Shown: positions 36,669 through 51,010, counted from the first letter of the whole stretch. The stretch is DNA of 63,582 nucleotides, filler included, from Dicyema japonicum (GCA_011109175.1; 5 parts of 5 records of this genome joined end to end with filler, not necessarily neighbours in it), one strand, 5' to 3'. Notes: generated by a model not told the origin, from the sequence alone. Numbers and translations: made by a program.

Positions 36669-39600
36669 ATGAATGGTTGTGAGGAATCTGATAAAATTAA
36701 AGATTTTTTAAATATCATGAGAATATACACCAAATAAGAACCGTATTGAATGTTCAATATCTTTATAGGTTTTAGTAGCTACCAACGGCCTCTCAGCGGT
36801 CAAAGGGATTCGTTCCATTCGTGACTGGAGTATGAGTGTATTTAATAACCGAAATGCTATTAAACTTATCATTCTAACTACAGATGATGAAATCGCATCA
36901 AACTATGGTAATAATTAAAATTCTACCTCACAGAACATGTGCGTATGGCTGATGATTGCGTAGTCATCCAAGGCCCTGTGTGGGCCAGTGTCGATATTAT
37001 TGTGAAGTATGCATTGCAGAAGAAAGTCGATGTAATAAATATTTTCCAGATTTTTGGTTTAGGCTGTATTTGTTGGTTGGGGACGTGTTCTGAAAATCCA
37101 TTACTACCATTAAAATTGCAGCGAAATGGAATCATATTTTATTGGTTTTCCGTTTTTAATATAAATAGGCCCTTCATTTTCTACCATGAAACTTGTTGGG
37201 GACAAAATAAGTTCAACTATCCTTGCCCAGTCCCTGGATATACCAACCCTTCCTTGGAGCGGAAGCGGTTGGTAGTTTCATTTACATATTTTTTATAGGC
37301 ATTATTGTAGAAGAGTTTAAAGATATTTTCTCTTCGGAGATCTATAATTGTGCCACTGTTGATAAATCTTCTGACCTTGAAATTATCCGAGCCGTGGGTT
37401 TCCACTGGTTGTTAAAGCTTCTGAAGGCGGGGGAGGTAAAGGAATACGTATCGCTTATAAAGAAATTGACTATTCTGATGCCTTTAAACAAGTTTCTCTC
37501 GAATGTCCGGGCTCTCCTATTTTTCTTATGCGCCTTGCTGATGCCGCTCGTCATATAGAAGTACAATTAGCAGGCGACATACACGGGAATGTAATATCTC
37601 TTTATGGAAGGGACTGTTCTATTCAATTTCGTCATCAGAAAATACTAGAAGAAGCACCTCCGTCGGTTGTTCCTCCTCAAATAATGAAACGAATGGAAGA
37701 GGTTGAATCGATGAATTTATTTTTTAGATGTCAATTAGACTATGGAAAGCATCTAAATATCACGGAGTTGGAACTGTGGAGTTTCTTTATAATTGTACGA
37801 AGGAAGAATTTTTCTTTCTTGAAATAAACCCTCGGTTACAAGTGGAACATCCGTGCACTGAATCTATAACTGGGATTAATATTCCGGCACTGCAACTCCA
37901 GGTATATTTGTTATAAAACACAAAAAGATTGCAATGGGCTAAAACTGTCTGAAATTTCAGATATAATTAAATTCTACGGAAATCTCGAGGGACCCATAAA
38001 TTTGGATAATCTTGACAGTAGAGCTAAACCATTGGACATGTAATTAGTGCAAGAATTCGAGCTGGAGACATTAATGGGGTGAATCTACGATTTTAAGTTT
38101 TTAGGGTTTTAAGCCATCAACAGGAAAACTGCATAAATATAACTTTCATAGCTGGCATAATGTATGGGCGTATTTTGGTGTGTCTTCCCCCTCAAGTCTC
38201 GATCCTTGGGCTGATGCTCAGATTGGGCATATATTTGCAAGTGGATATTGTCGTGAGGATGCTAGAAAGTATATTCATGTGTTTTACCAAACAGAAGACT
38301 GTTTTCTGCGCTGAAAGAACTGTTTTTATTTTCAGAACTGAGTACATTTAATGAAAGTCTAATAGACTTTATTACTACTCGAGAATTTATTGAAAATGAC
38401 ATTGATACTTGTTTATTTGAAAAGAAAGCGGTTGTTAATCACACCGACAAGCAGCTGTTAATTTCTGCACTTTGTACAGCTGTTTTACTTGCAGACAGAG
38501 CTCTTCGACTTAATATGGAAAACTACATTGCTTCATTGAAAAAGTGATTTTTTGTTTTAAATAAATTAGAGGCCAAGTTTTGTCTGCGGACAATCTTTGC
38601 AATGTATTCAATACAACATTTATTTCACATATATCTCAACAATCACTAAAATTTGAATTTGAGGTGGCTCGTATTAGTCAGAACTGTTTTTCTGTAATTC
38701 TCAACAAATCAATGATAAATGTGAATATCCACAGATTAGCTGATGGTGCACTTATGGTGGCTTTGGCTCATTCCACACACATTGCCTATCTCGATGATTC
38801 AAAGGGGAAGTCATACAGAGTGACGGTAGATGGGCGGACAATCGAATTTAGTGAACATAGTGATATTAATACTCTCAGGTAATTTTTATTTTACTATGTA
38901 GATCTCCATGTTCTGGTCGATTCATATCATTTATTGTTGAAGACGGTTCATTCATCAACGCCGGGCAGGCTTATGCTCAAATAGAAGCATTAAAGATGAT
39001 TGTTTATTTACGTAGTGTTCACAGTGGCTGGTCTAATTATATTCTAACTATATTTTGCAGGATATCTCACGCTTGCTCTCAAAACAGTGTTTTAATCAAT
39101 GGAACTATTATTGCTAATTTCAAGGCAGAAGACAGAGGGCTTAACTGCCGTATGATTGATTGGAAATATGGTTTTCTTGATCTTGAAGGCGTTTCTACGG
39201 AAGGAAATCTGGTAGAGAAGTATATGAAGACTTGTACTACAATCGAAATGATTCTTGAGGGGTTTTCAGTACCGAAATGTTTTTTCAAGTCTACGGTCGA
39301 ATCCGTACTTGATAATCTAATGGAATGCGCGCTCGATCCTCGCTTGCCTCTTGAAGAAATAAAAGTAATGAATTTAATGCTCATTCTATAGCGTGAAATT
39401 ATGGCAGTTGACTGGCTCCTTCCTCCTAATCTTTACTCTTCAATCATGTACCAGCTTGAAATGTATAATGAAAATGTTACTTCACTAATAGTGCAATTTC
39501 CAGCGCATCAGGTGTTGATTTTTAAATACTCTGATAGATTGGTGATATTATTGAAAAATACATCAAAGCACTTCCTGAAGATGACATCATTTCTAGGAGA

Positions 39601-42600
39601 AATTTGAACGGGATTTGTTCAGTTCTTGATCGGTTTTTGAGCTGTTTGGTTATATCTGTAGTTATAAAAATGGAATCGGGGAACATTTCAAGTCGACAAT
39701 ATCATGTTTTATTGAACAGTATTTGAAAACTGAAATTCATTTTCAAGAAAGTATTTTGTCCTTAAAAATTAGTTTAGATCAATATGACACATGTGTGTCT
39801 AAATTAAATGAGTTTTATGAAAACAGAGCCGATTTAGTGGCGGCAAAAATATTTTCACATTGGAATGTGAAAAGTAAGAATGAATTGATGATAATTTTAA
39901 TTGTTTTATTTGTCAAATAATTATTAGAATCGAATTTTTAAATACGACGTAGACATAATCTTTGATATTCAACAGATTCTAACAAAACTAACTACTCTTA
40001 CCAGTCCAGCCAACTCGCCAGTGGCATTGAGAGCTCGGCAGGTTTTTTAAATTTTGACTATTTTGAAGTTACTTCTTGCAGCATCACTACCGTCATTGCA
40101 AACGAGAGTTAACCAAGTTGAGTCCTTCCTTCTTTCTGCTGTCAAATATGAAGATGAACGCTGCAAGGAACAATTGAAATTTTTAATAACATCTGAGACT
40201 TCGATAAACGACGTTCTCATAGATTTTTTCTTCCATCCCGATCCTAAGATATGTAGGGCTGCTTCTGAGGTAGATTTACTTTTCAAATTCAGGTTTATGT
40301 ACGGCGATCATACGCTTCTATACTAAAACTGGAACATAGTTATATATCATCAGAACGTCCGATTCTAACTTTCTTTTACTCAATCGAATGGTAGTGAAAT
40401 ATTCTTATTTACTTTTAGTCGAGAAAGTTCAAATACATGTGGGCACTTGGTGGCATATCACTGTATTGAGGAACTTGAAAAGTAGTTCAGTTTTATGAAT
40501 TTCAGAGAATTTAAATTTCTTTTAATTTTTGTTAAAAACGCTCAAAATGTCCTGCTTTTGGATCTGAAGGGAATAGAAAAAGCGTTCCATCCACTCTTAT
40601 AATTGTTCTCAACTGCCCAGGATCTCCTCGCCTGTACCAATTATGCCAAAATTTTGTTTATACTATTTTTGCACATTTCTAGAAATTGGTAATAAAAAAT
40701 ATTATTCGAATTACATTCATTCTTCTCCCACAGAAGAATGAGACATCCTACATTACTTTCCAATCTTCCCTCGACTTTGAAGAAGACACTCTATTGCGTA
40801 ATCTTGACCCTGCTTTAGCGGATTTATTGGAAATTGACCGCCTGGCAAATTACAACGTTGAAGCCATCAGCCAAAGACATCAGATGTATCTTTACTTGGG
40901 AACTGTTAATATTATATTGAATTAATTTTGATAGCAAAAGGACTCTTCTGATTCCTGTAGATTCTTTTTTGAGGGTTATTGTGGGTAATCACGGCCTTGT
41001 GACAACAGTAATAAGTTCTTCACATCTATAGGGAGCTTCTGCTGAATATTTGCGCCGAGAAGGAGAAAATGCACTTCATGAAGCAATTTCTGTCATCGAA
41101 CATGGATTCGCACATGAAATGGTAATATCTATCGAAATTAATTTTTTAGGCCAGTCGAACAGAGCTAAATCACATTTTTTTCAATTTTGTGCCCACGTTT
41201 ACTGTTGACGATCCAACCATAGTTTATACTTTTCTATATTATTCTTTAGTTGCGCAGAGTAATTCTTTCTATGATTTGGAAACAGTTTCCTCGCCTTAGT
41301 ACTTTACGCATTCTTGTTGCAGAGATTAGACTCAAAGTCGAGTTTATTTTTTATTTCCAATGCTTTTAAAGTTTTGGAGGACCTTCGATATGTCCTGTTC
41401 GTATTTCGTCTCAAATATAACAGGATTTATGTTGGATTTCTCAATGTACCGAGAAGAAATTGATGATTGCAGGGTGGCTTCAATTTGCTATAAATTTCAG
41501 ATTATCCTTCGTGCTTTTGACAAAGAGTCTTCTAACCTGGATGGACAGCTTGTTAATATGCCTCATTTTTTTACAAGCGACAAACGTCGTTTTTTGGCAC
41601 ATAGAATTGGCGCTCTTTATGTTCACGACTGTCCTTTGCTTTTCCGTAAAACTCTTACACAATTATGGATTTCTCATTTGGATAAGATCGCAGGAACGAA
41701 TATCCAATAATTTTTTTTCGTATCAAGAAATTGATAACGGTGGCGAAGGAGTTGGGGTTGTGGCTTGGAGGATGATGATATCTACTCCTGAATATCCCAA
41801 TGGAAGAGAATTAATTGTTGTTGCTAACGATATGACAGTGAAACAAGGCTCTTTCTCTACAAAAGAAGATTTATTTTTTACTGTCTGCCTTTTTATTTGA
41901 AGTTTATAGCAAGTAATTAAGTTGGCTTGTGAATTGGGAATCCCGTTAATTTATTTGGCGATGAATTCTGGAGCAAGAATTGGTTTAGCTGAAGAAATTA
42001 AAAATTCTCTTAAAATTGAGTGGAATTGTCCTGGTAGGCCTGATAAAGTTTTTTAGTTTCGGTATATTGATAGGGATTTCAATATATGTATTTGTCCGAA
42101 TCTGACTATCGAAATCTTCAGGAGCACGTAGTAGCAAATCCATTGAAAGCTGAGGATGGCAGTATTCATTATGTAGTCAGTGACATAATCGGTATTTTAT
42201 TTTTGCCTACTTTTAGGACAGGAAACTGGGCTTGGGGTAGATAATTTGAGTGGATCTGCGATGATAGCATCTGCCATGTCTCAGGCTTATAATAAGGTTG
42301 TTACAATAAGTCTGGTAAGGTAATTAGTTGTAAGGTCGTAGGTGATGTGCCGGACTGTTGGAATTGGAGCGTATTTGGTAAGATTAAGTCGGAGGATAAT
42401 TCAAGTGGAGAATTCAAGTATAATTCTCACTGGAGCCGGTGCCCTCAACAAGGTTTTTTAATAATAAAAATAATATAGGTTCTTGGAAGGGATGTTTACA
42501 GTAGTAACAACCAACTGGGGGGAGTTCAGATTATGCACAAAAATGGAATTGCTCGAGATGTAGTCACCAGTGTCCAAAATGGGATAGCCAGAATATTTAA

Positions 42601-43941
42601 ACTGCTTTCATTTACTCCTGATGTATTTTATACTTTTTTACTGCAGGTAATTGGTCGTCCTCTTCCTATTCTGGACATTACTGATCCATGTGATCGTCAA
42701 GTTGAATATATTCCATGTTCTCAGCAGCCAAAAACTCGTTTAATGTTTACTGGAGGGAAAACCTCTAATGGATGGGCATCGGGTTTCTTTGATAAAGATT
42801 CTTTTGTGGAAGCAATGGAAGAGTATGGAAAGACAGTTATTTGCGGGAGAGCCAGGTTATCTCTGATTTTGTTTTATTTCTAGACTTGGAGGAATTCCTG
42901 TGGGCGTTATTGGTGCTGAGACAGAGACAGTTCAGCTTCGCATTCCCGCTGACCCTGCCAATCCTAATTCTGAAGAACAAGTCATTCCTCAGGCAGGACA
43001 GATTCTTTTTCCAGATTCATCTTTCAAAATGGCAGAAGCTATCAGTGATTTTAACCGCGAGCAACTTCCTCTTTTTATTTTTCCGAATTGGCGTGGATTT
43101 TCTGGTGGAATGATGGGCAAGTTTTCATGTTATCATTTCAGACATGTATCATGAAGTTCTAAAGTTTGGAGCTTATATTGTTGATGAGTTGTCTGTCTAT
43201 CAACAATGTGTGTTTGTTTATATTCCTTTCCAAAGCGAACTACGCGGAGGAGCCTGGGTTGTTGTCGATTCTGCCATTAATCCATCCCAAATGGAAATGT
43301 ACGCAGATGAAACTGCGAGGTCTGTTTATAAAACTATTTTAGGGGCGGTATTTTGGAACCTGAAGGAATAGTGCAAATAAAATTTCGAAAAGCTGAACTT
43401 TTGCGTTGGATAAAATTATCTGAAAATAATGTTGACGAATCTCAACTCTCTCATTACAAACGTGCTGCTACTTATTTTGCCTCTTTGCACGACACTCCTG
43501 CTAGAATGAAACGTTTCGGAGTTATCAAGGTTCTCACTTTTTAAAAATATTTTGCAGGAAATAGTTAATTGGTGTGATAGTCGGCGATTCTTTTATTGGA
43601 GATTGAAGAGACGTATTTCTACTTCATCAATTTTAAAAAAACATTCAAATCTTACATCTGATATGCTTGAAGAGCTCTTTATTAAAGATGGAAACTTAAA
43701 AGACCATTTCGCTGATGATAAACTTGTGGCAATTTGGCTGGAACGACAACTAAAAGATGATTTGTTTGTTTCAACTAATGTTACATTGCTGAATAAAGAT
43801 TTTCAAGATGAATTAATTGAGTATAAAATTGCATTATATCATTTTTTTAGAAAATTTGAAAACCACTTTTTACATGAAGATAAATTAAAACTTTTTTTAA
43901 ATTCTCTATCTTCTGAAACACTCGACAAATTCGCCAATTAA
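36669..43941 (+). CDS. ACC1: Acetyl-CoA carboxylase (BC-BCCP-central-CT), dozens of micro-introns
   Basis: [131 protein letters not shown] at 43939-43941. Confidence 0.97.
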
Positions 43942-44581
43942 TATAGTTTTGTTGATTTTGTGCTTTTTCTTTCTAATATATAGACAAGTTTATGAATTTT
44001 TACATACTTTTAAAAATTCATTCAGCCAATGTTAGTTAAATCAAAGCTGAAATATTCATGTATTTCGTTTATTTGTTAAGTCTCGTGAGGTTTTTTACGA
44101 GTAATCCTTTACAATCGGAATTGCGTAAGGTCTGAGACACCAATATTTTGCTAAAGGATTCGTTGAGGTTTTGAAAAACATATTCTAAAAAATGACTTTT
44201 TACAGATAATTTTGAAAAAACATCTTATTTACTAGCCAATTTACAGTTAGTTAAAACATTTTAAGCTTTTAATTATAATGGACAATAAATTAGACGCTTT
44301 TAAATGCCGAATTCAACTACTATTTTGCACAAAATCGTTTCTTGTATAGTATCAGAAAATTAAAATTCCTTACAATTTTAGATAAGCTCAATGAAAACTT
44401 CGCGAAAATGTCACGTATTAAATAAAAACTTATATTACGGATTAAATAAGAAAACTTCATTTCGAGAAGTGAATTAAAACTNNNNNNNNNNNNNNNNNNN
44501 NNNNNNNNNNNNNNNNNNNNNNNNNTTAATTAATTAANNNNNNNNNNNNNNNNNNNNNNNNNNNNNNNNNNNNNNNNNNNN

Positions 44582-44800
44582 ACCATGGTTCTTATCCTCT
44601 CTAACGCAACCAGCGAGAGTGTCTTCCGGAGCGTCGTTAGTAGAATAATAGGTCTTAAGTTGAGTAGGGGTCCTTTCTGTTTTCCGGGTTTCTGCAGTGG
44701 AATTAACCATCCTTTTCCGATGTCTAATGGGCTATTCTGCTCAAATGCTTTGTTCAGGATGTTTGCAATGGTTTCAGCAAGCTTCATTGGCGCGTATTTT
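44582..44800 (-). mobile_element. RTE-like RT fragment
   Basis: LIPLQKPGKQKGPLLNLRPIILLTTLRK. Confidence 0.8.
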
Positions 44801-45310
44801 AATAGTTCATTTATTGTTGTATCGTATCTAATATAAATAATTTAAGTTATATTACAATAAAATTAAGATTAGATTATAGAAATTTTTATCTGGAAAATGA
44901 ATTTTAATATTATAAGCACGTTTTTTGCTTGTTGTTCATGTAGTGATGCATTTTTCTCTTTTTGTTATATTTATTATTTAAATTTTTTTTCTGTTATATT
45001 CATAGTTAATACTTGTATTAAAATAGATTCATTATATTTTCGATCTGTAGAATCTCTTATTTTATTCGATATTCTGCAATCTGATTTGTCATATTTTAAA
45101 ATAATTTAATCTGTTTTTAATTCAAGTATCTCTTCATTTGTCTATATTTCTAAACTATCTTATTTTATCTGCTATGGCTCGATCTTGCTCCGTTATGAGA
45201 CGATCATGCTGTCCATTGCTTTTTTAATGGCTAGTGATTGAATGTAGCCGTGTCGTCTCATTTATTTCTTTTTTAAATAAACAATAAAATCCAAACAATT
45301 TTTTAAAAAT

Positions 45311-45868
45311 TCACCAATCTAATCTGTTGTTTCGTATAGAATCGACTAATAAGTAAAGATCCCGCGCAGATCTTATTCGGGACCACGAGTCATAATTTTC
45401 AAAGTCAAAGTCCGGAATGATTCTGGCCATTTCCTTCAATGACCTCTTCTCGCTGCCAGATTTTTTCATCATTTCAATCAGTTCCGGACACAAATATGCG
45501 TCGAAACAGTCGAAATATATGATGTTAAATTCTAAACAAGCGAAAAATTGGCCAAGGTCGTGACCAATTATGAGTGTGTCCTACAACTATAGACCAAACA
45601 TATTATTACTCTCAGGATATCGAATATAATTGATCTCGCGCTACGAAATGAGATCGAGCTATCCAAATCATAGGGATGGACGCCTCCATATTGAGTCCGA
45701 TAATTGGTGACTGATTGGTTCGGTGTAATAAAGCTTTCAAAAAGGATAGTTAAATCATGATTGACAATAAGACAGTGCGCTAAAATATATTTCAGGAAAC
45801 AAAGAGATACCTAGTGCAGATTTCTTTGGATATACCTCCACGAATTTCCAAGAGACAGAAACGCACAT
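45311..45868 (-). CDS. REXO4/ISG20-like DEDDh exonuclease-fold protein lacking catalytic residues (165 aa, 3 exons)
   Basis: Exons 45868-45811, 45779-45610 and 45580-45311 (498 nt, open). SALAHCLIVN, P..SVTNYRTQYGGVHP, LIIGHDL and RSLKEMA align to REXO4. Confidence 0.8.
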
Positions 45869-46026
45869 CGATAAATTAGATAAATTGAATTTAACTTCCT
45901 TTTTAATACTATTTCTGTGCAGGCTTACCAATTTAAAAGGTATAATAGGTCAAAATATAAATTTTTAAAATAATAAAATTAAATTATTAATTTTAAAATC
46001 CTAATACGTTTCGTATTCAATAGTTT

Positions 46027-46945
46027 TTGAGGAATTTTCAACTCAGTGAGTTCGCTTCTTTTTCGACGGGCACGCAAAGATTGGTTGAGAAACGCATTCA
46101 ATTTCTGAGAAGAGATTGTATCCTCGAAGCATGCGCCAAAAAAATTCCATGTACCGTGCCGATCGTCTCCCTGGCCTACACCAAGCCTTCTGCACTTAGT
46201 TTTGAAACATCCGCGTCTACAAGTGGAGTTTAATCTGGCGACCCTTTGAGGCCACTCCTATTCTCCCTTGCAGTCCATAAAACCGTAAGATCGTGTAAAA
46301 AGGATCTTAACCTATGGTATCTGGACGATGGTGCAGTTGGAAGAACCCCCGAAACCATCCTGAGAACGTTCTAAGCACCCGTGTTGAGTTTCCGAGCTCT
46401 CGGGGTCGGATTCAACTGCGGGAAATACGAAATCGTAAACTTCAACACAGACGAATTTGTCTTGAAAAAACGGCGTACAATAATTGAACGAATGCATGGA
46501 CCTACGCTAACTGGCATCCTTAAAAATGAGTAGCCAACCCCTGAGCGGTGCTTGGCTGAACTCTTACTCTTGTGAGACAACTGGTTGCTACTAGATTCTA
46601 CTCTCAACTGGAACCTATAGAGATCTTAGAAGGCCTAACGGGATGACGACCTTTCGTTCGTGAACTCCCTTTCTGCCCACAACATATTTGTATCAATCAA
46701 AGGCTCTGAAGCTCTTCCGAACGGGCCGAAGGGAAGAAGCGCAAGAAATATGCTAATTTCGAGAATGGCAAAGTGCTTGTCCCGCTGGCAGTCGAGACAT
46801 CTAGAATACAGAGGCCTTCCAGTCTTAGCCTGTTCTGAAACATCGGATCACTTATGGAAAGCGTCACTGGCGATCCATCCGAGCACCGGTATCTAACGAG
46901 GGAGTTTTCCTGGCTATAGTGAGAGGTAATGTATGCCTATCTGCC
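46027..46945 (+). mobile_element. Degenerate CRE-like RT and 3' fragments
   Basis: SGV*SGDPLRPLLFSLA, NLWYLDDG, VPLAVETS, RGN. Confidence 0.8.
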
Positions 46946-47939
46946 AATAACCAAACTATTAAATAACCTCTTCATTTTGAATTAAATTCATTAGTGTTAA
47001 TAAACTATATATAATATTCAGAACACGAGTGGAAATAAAATTATCTCCTTCAATTTTAATTNNNNNNNNNNNNNNNNNNNNNNNNNNNNNNNNNNNNNNN
47101 NNNNNNNNNNNNNNNNNNNNNNNNNNNNNNNNNNNNNNNNNNNNNNNNNNNNNNNNNNNNNNNNNNNNNNNNNNNNNNNNNNNNNNNNNNNNNNNNNNNN
47201 NNNNNNNNNNNNNNNNNNNNNNNNNNNNNNNNNNNNNNNNNNNNNNNNNNNNNNNNNNNNNNNNNNNNNNNNNNNNNNNNNNNNNNNNNNNNNNNNNNNN
47301 NNNNNNNNNNNNNNNNNNNNNNNNNNNNNNNNNNNNNNNNNNNNNNNNNNNNNNNNNNNNNNNNNNNNNNNNNNNNNNNNNNNNNNNNNNNNNNNNNNNN
47401 NNNNNNNNNNNNNNNNNNNNNNNNNNNNNNNNNNNNNNNNNNNNNNNNNNNNNNNNNNNNNNNNNNNNNNNNNNNNNNNNNNNNNNNNNNNNNNNNNNNN
47501 NNNNNNNNNNNNNNNNNNNNNNNNNNNNNNNNNNNNNNNNNNNNNNNNNNNNNNNNNNNNNNNNNNNNNNNNNNNNNNNNNNNNNNNNNNNNNNNNNNNN
47601 NNNNNNNNNNNNNNNNNNNNNNNNNNNNNNNNNNNNNNNNNNNNNNNNNNNNNNNNNNNNNNNNNNNNNNNNNNNNNNNNNNNNNNNNNNNNNNNNNNNN
47701 NNNNNNNNNNNNNNNNNNNNNNNNNNNNNNNNNNNNNNNNNNNNNNNNNNNNNNNNNNNNNNNNNNNNNNNNNNNNNNNNNNNNNNNNNNNNNNNNNNNN
47801 NNNNNNNNNNNNNNNNNNNNNNNNNNNNNNNNNNNNNNNNNNNNNNNNNNNNNNNNNNNNNNNNNNNNNNNNNNNNNNNNNNNNNNNNNNNNNNNNNNNN
47901 NNNNNNNNNNNNNNNNNNNNNNNNNNNNNNNNNNNNNNN

Positions 47940-48702
47940 TACTTCGAGACTTTCTTGGTTTCGGCAAGAGCGGAGACAGATCCAGGGCGACAGGCAGAGT
48001 CCATAAGCGATGACGGCGAAAACGAGTCGACACAGGTCACATCCCATACGAGGGCAAGTCCCATCTTGAAAGGGAACAATGTGGACCCGTCCGGGCGTTT
48101 GCCGTCTCCACGGTCTAGACCGACTGGTTCCAGTACTGAGGGGAATCCAGCGGCGTTGAGCGCGCGCTTTACGACGTCATTTAATGCCGCGTGCCTGGGG
48201 ATCCTGCCGGCACTGAGGCGACAAGAGAGAGGGTGTAATCCCCTCCTGTCGATGAGTTTGCCACATCTACACCGATGTGGCTGGCAAATCTCAATGCCGA
48301 GGCGTACACAGATACCGATGCGGACCGATTCGCTGTCCAGGAGCATACCTGCTGTCGCGATCGGTACCGCATTGAGCCAATCGGCCGAATGGGGTTGGCA
48401 GGCGCAGTTAATGCTTGCCAGCTGAAACTGGTCGGCGTGTGAGCGGATAATTCCAAGGATGTGTGAGCAATAGATGTCATCCCAGTTCCTTTGAACTGAG
48501 CGAACTTCCGGGATATTAAGCCCGCGAGAGACCCACACGTTGACGCCTGCAGCATATTCCGACAACTCACACTGTTCAGAAAAGGGAAGAAGAACAGAGT
48601 TGACGAAATTAGTTGAAGCGGACAACGATGATAGGTAACATGGCAGGGATAAGTCACCGCAGGAGCGGATACCGATGCCACCGTAGCGAATAGGTAAATT
48701 GA
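47940..48702 (-). mobile_element. Well-preserved CRE-like C-terminal region (CCHC + PD-(D/E)xK endonuclease)
   Basis: LPIRYGGIGIR, CRCG..GLH.LSC, RHAALNDVVKRAL, DGKRPDG, WDVTCVDSF. Confidence 0.92.
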
Positions 48703-48959
48703 NTTCAATATACACCAGAAACCGTTCATTAATAATTTTCATACGAATTTTTACGTTCTTGTTGAAATGCTAAAAAATCGAAAGTTTAAACCACAAGATA
48801 TTACTATTCGAAGCAGAATGATTCCAACTTCTATTAAAGTTATCTCACTTCTTACTCACACATTTTGTCGAAAACAGAAACATCCGTCTTTTTATGTTAA
48901 ACTTTAACTTTATTCAATAGTGGCGTATTGACTCAGATCCCCACATTTGAAGCTACAGT

Positions 48960-50680
48960 TTATAATTCACCTAATCAGTATATGAATTAGAGATATGATC
49001 TTTTCTGAATATGCTTATAAAACCCATCATTTATTTTAAAAAAATTAATAAATGACTCCTTCACATGATTTAAATTTAGCCACTGCTTCAATATAAGCAC
49101 AAACTTTGTCTTTATTGAGACATTTAAGTGCTCTCCAATCCAAATTTGCTAATTGTTTATAGCCATTCAATCTCCCATCTAGTTCAATGTATAACAACCA
49201 TGCTTCTATAAATTACTAACTCAACCCTAACTCGGTTCATCATGCCCCGTCTTAGTAACGGCGTCCTCCAAAACCTGAGAAACCATTTCCCACCTGATGG
49301 AACCTCCACAAGCCTATCATAATAGAAATATTCACTTAACCTCATATTCTAGAATAATATCAATGACTGTCTGGAAGAATGAGTATCTATATGGTCTGAA
49401 TGAAGATAGTCTAAAAGTATATTGCAACTTTAACCACACCGTTTATAATCATCTTTAAGAAGACACTCTATTGATGGAACGGACGAGGCCTTTAGACGGA
49501 TAAAGCATTCTTGGAGTGGCAAACATCTCCGATTATGAGAATATGACTCCAACAATTCAAGAGCTTCATTTCGCTTTCCATTCATGTTCATATGAGACAA
49601 AAGTAAGCCCCAAAGGGTCATGACTTGATCGTCAGGCATGGATGACTCCATTACCGATTTTATCGAACTTATAGCGCAAGAATACATCCCCAAGATAATA
49701 TCCAACTTGATTCTTCTTTGCCAAAATGGGAAGGCAGAAAACTCACAACTATTNCTTTTATGATCAGCAGTAAATATATTTGCCCATTTCTGTTGATTTT
49801 TGTGTTTTGTGAGTAGTCCTTTAAAAAACGCAAGCGGCTGGTTGGATTTATTTGGATGAACCTATGATTTTATCGAACTTATAGCGCAAGAATACATCCC
49901 CAAGATAATATCCAACTTGATTCTTCTTTGCCAAAATGGGAAGGCAGAAAACTCACAACTATTTTGCTCCAAGTAACGGCATCCAAGTAATGTGAGTTGT
50001 TTAGCTTTATCAAGTAATTGAATATTCGCACAAAAGTCAATCTATAATCACATTCCCTCACTCAAACCAATAAAACTAATAATTTCTGCAGTATAGAAAT
50101 GACTGAATTTGTCGACAATAACCAGTCAATGCATTTAGAAATTTGTTCGTGTATCTGAGAAGAATATTTACAATCATTTCCAGATTTTCTTGCCAGATAA
50201 ACACAAAAATCCAAATACTCAACTCTTAACGAAGCTAAAATAGGAAAATAAAAACAACCACAATCAGGACTCCGACTAATAGCAGAATCGAATTCTTTTA
50301 TGGCAGCAAGATTATTCTCTTCTTCGGAAGAATCTTGATTTAAAAATGAGCTCGTAAATCGAATTAATTGTCCTTTCACATGACCATCGTGTTCAAACTC
50401 CCGGACACTAATACATTAATATAACAAATCCACCAATTGATTATGTTGTTGAGTAATTCCAAAAAATCAGAATCCGTAAAATTTACCTTCACAACCTCTC
50501 TAGCAAAAGAAAGCCAATATAATGGCTCATCTAAAAGTTGCGACTTTTTTGGACTCTACGTGGAAATACATTGAACTTACATAAATCACAGAATCTTCTT
50601 TCCTTTTGAAAGGCAGTTCAAATTGGCGTCCAGTATCCCGCTTGATTTGAATTTTGACAAAATACAATCCGTTTCTCTAT
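48960..50680 (-). CDS. Unidentified multi-exon gene, probably helical protein
   Basis: Several same-strand protein-like ORFs (49430-49705, 49879-50061, 50062-50379) separated by short GT-AG segments; no family recognised. Confidence 0.35.
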
Positions 50681-51010
50681 TCNNNNNNNNNNNNNNNNNN
50701 NNNNNNNNNNNNNNNNNNNNNNNNNNNNNNNNNNNNNNNNNNNNNNNNNNNNNNNNNNNNNNNNNNNNNNNNNNNNNNNNNNNNNNNNNNNNNNNNNNNN
50801 NNNNNNNNNNNNNNNNNNNNNNNNNNNNNNNNNNNNNNNNNNNNNNNNNNNNNNNNNNNNNNNNNNNNNNNNNNNNNNNNNNNNNNNNNNNNNNNNNNNN
50901 NNNNNNNNNNNNNNNNNNNNNNNNNNNNNNNNNNNNNNNNNNNNNNNNNNNNNNNNNNNNNNNNNNNNNNNNNNNNNNNNNNNNNNNNNNNNNNNNNNNN
51001 NNNNNNNNNN

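Noticed and set aside
14990-37090. Many +/-1 frameshifts in conserved genes (Tolloid ~14999, 16585, ~16620, ~16790; ACC ~36712, 37079-37082) suggesting U-insertion editing or mass pseudogenisation
   Set aside because: They fall in homopolymer runs of T, A and G, include both gains and losses, and affect an essential gene (ACC). Platform homopolymer error is the simplest explanation; accurate reads would settle it.
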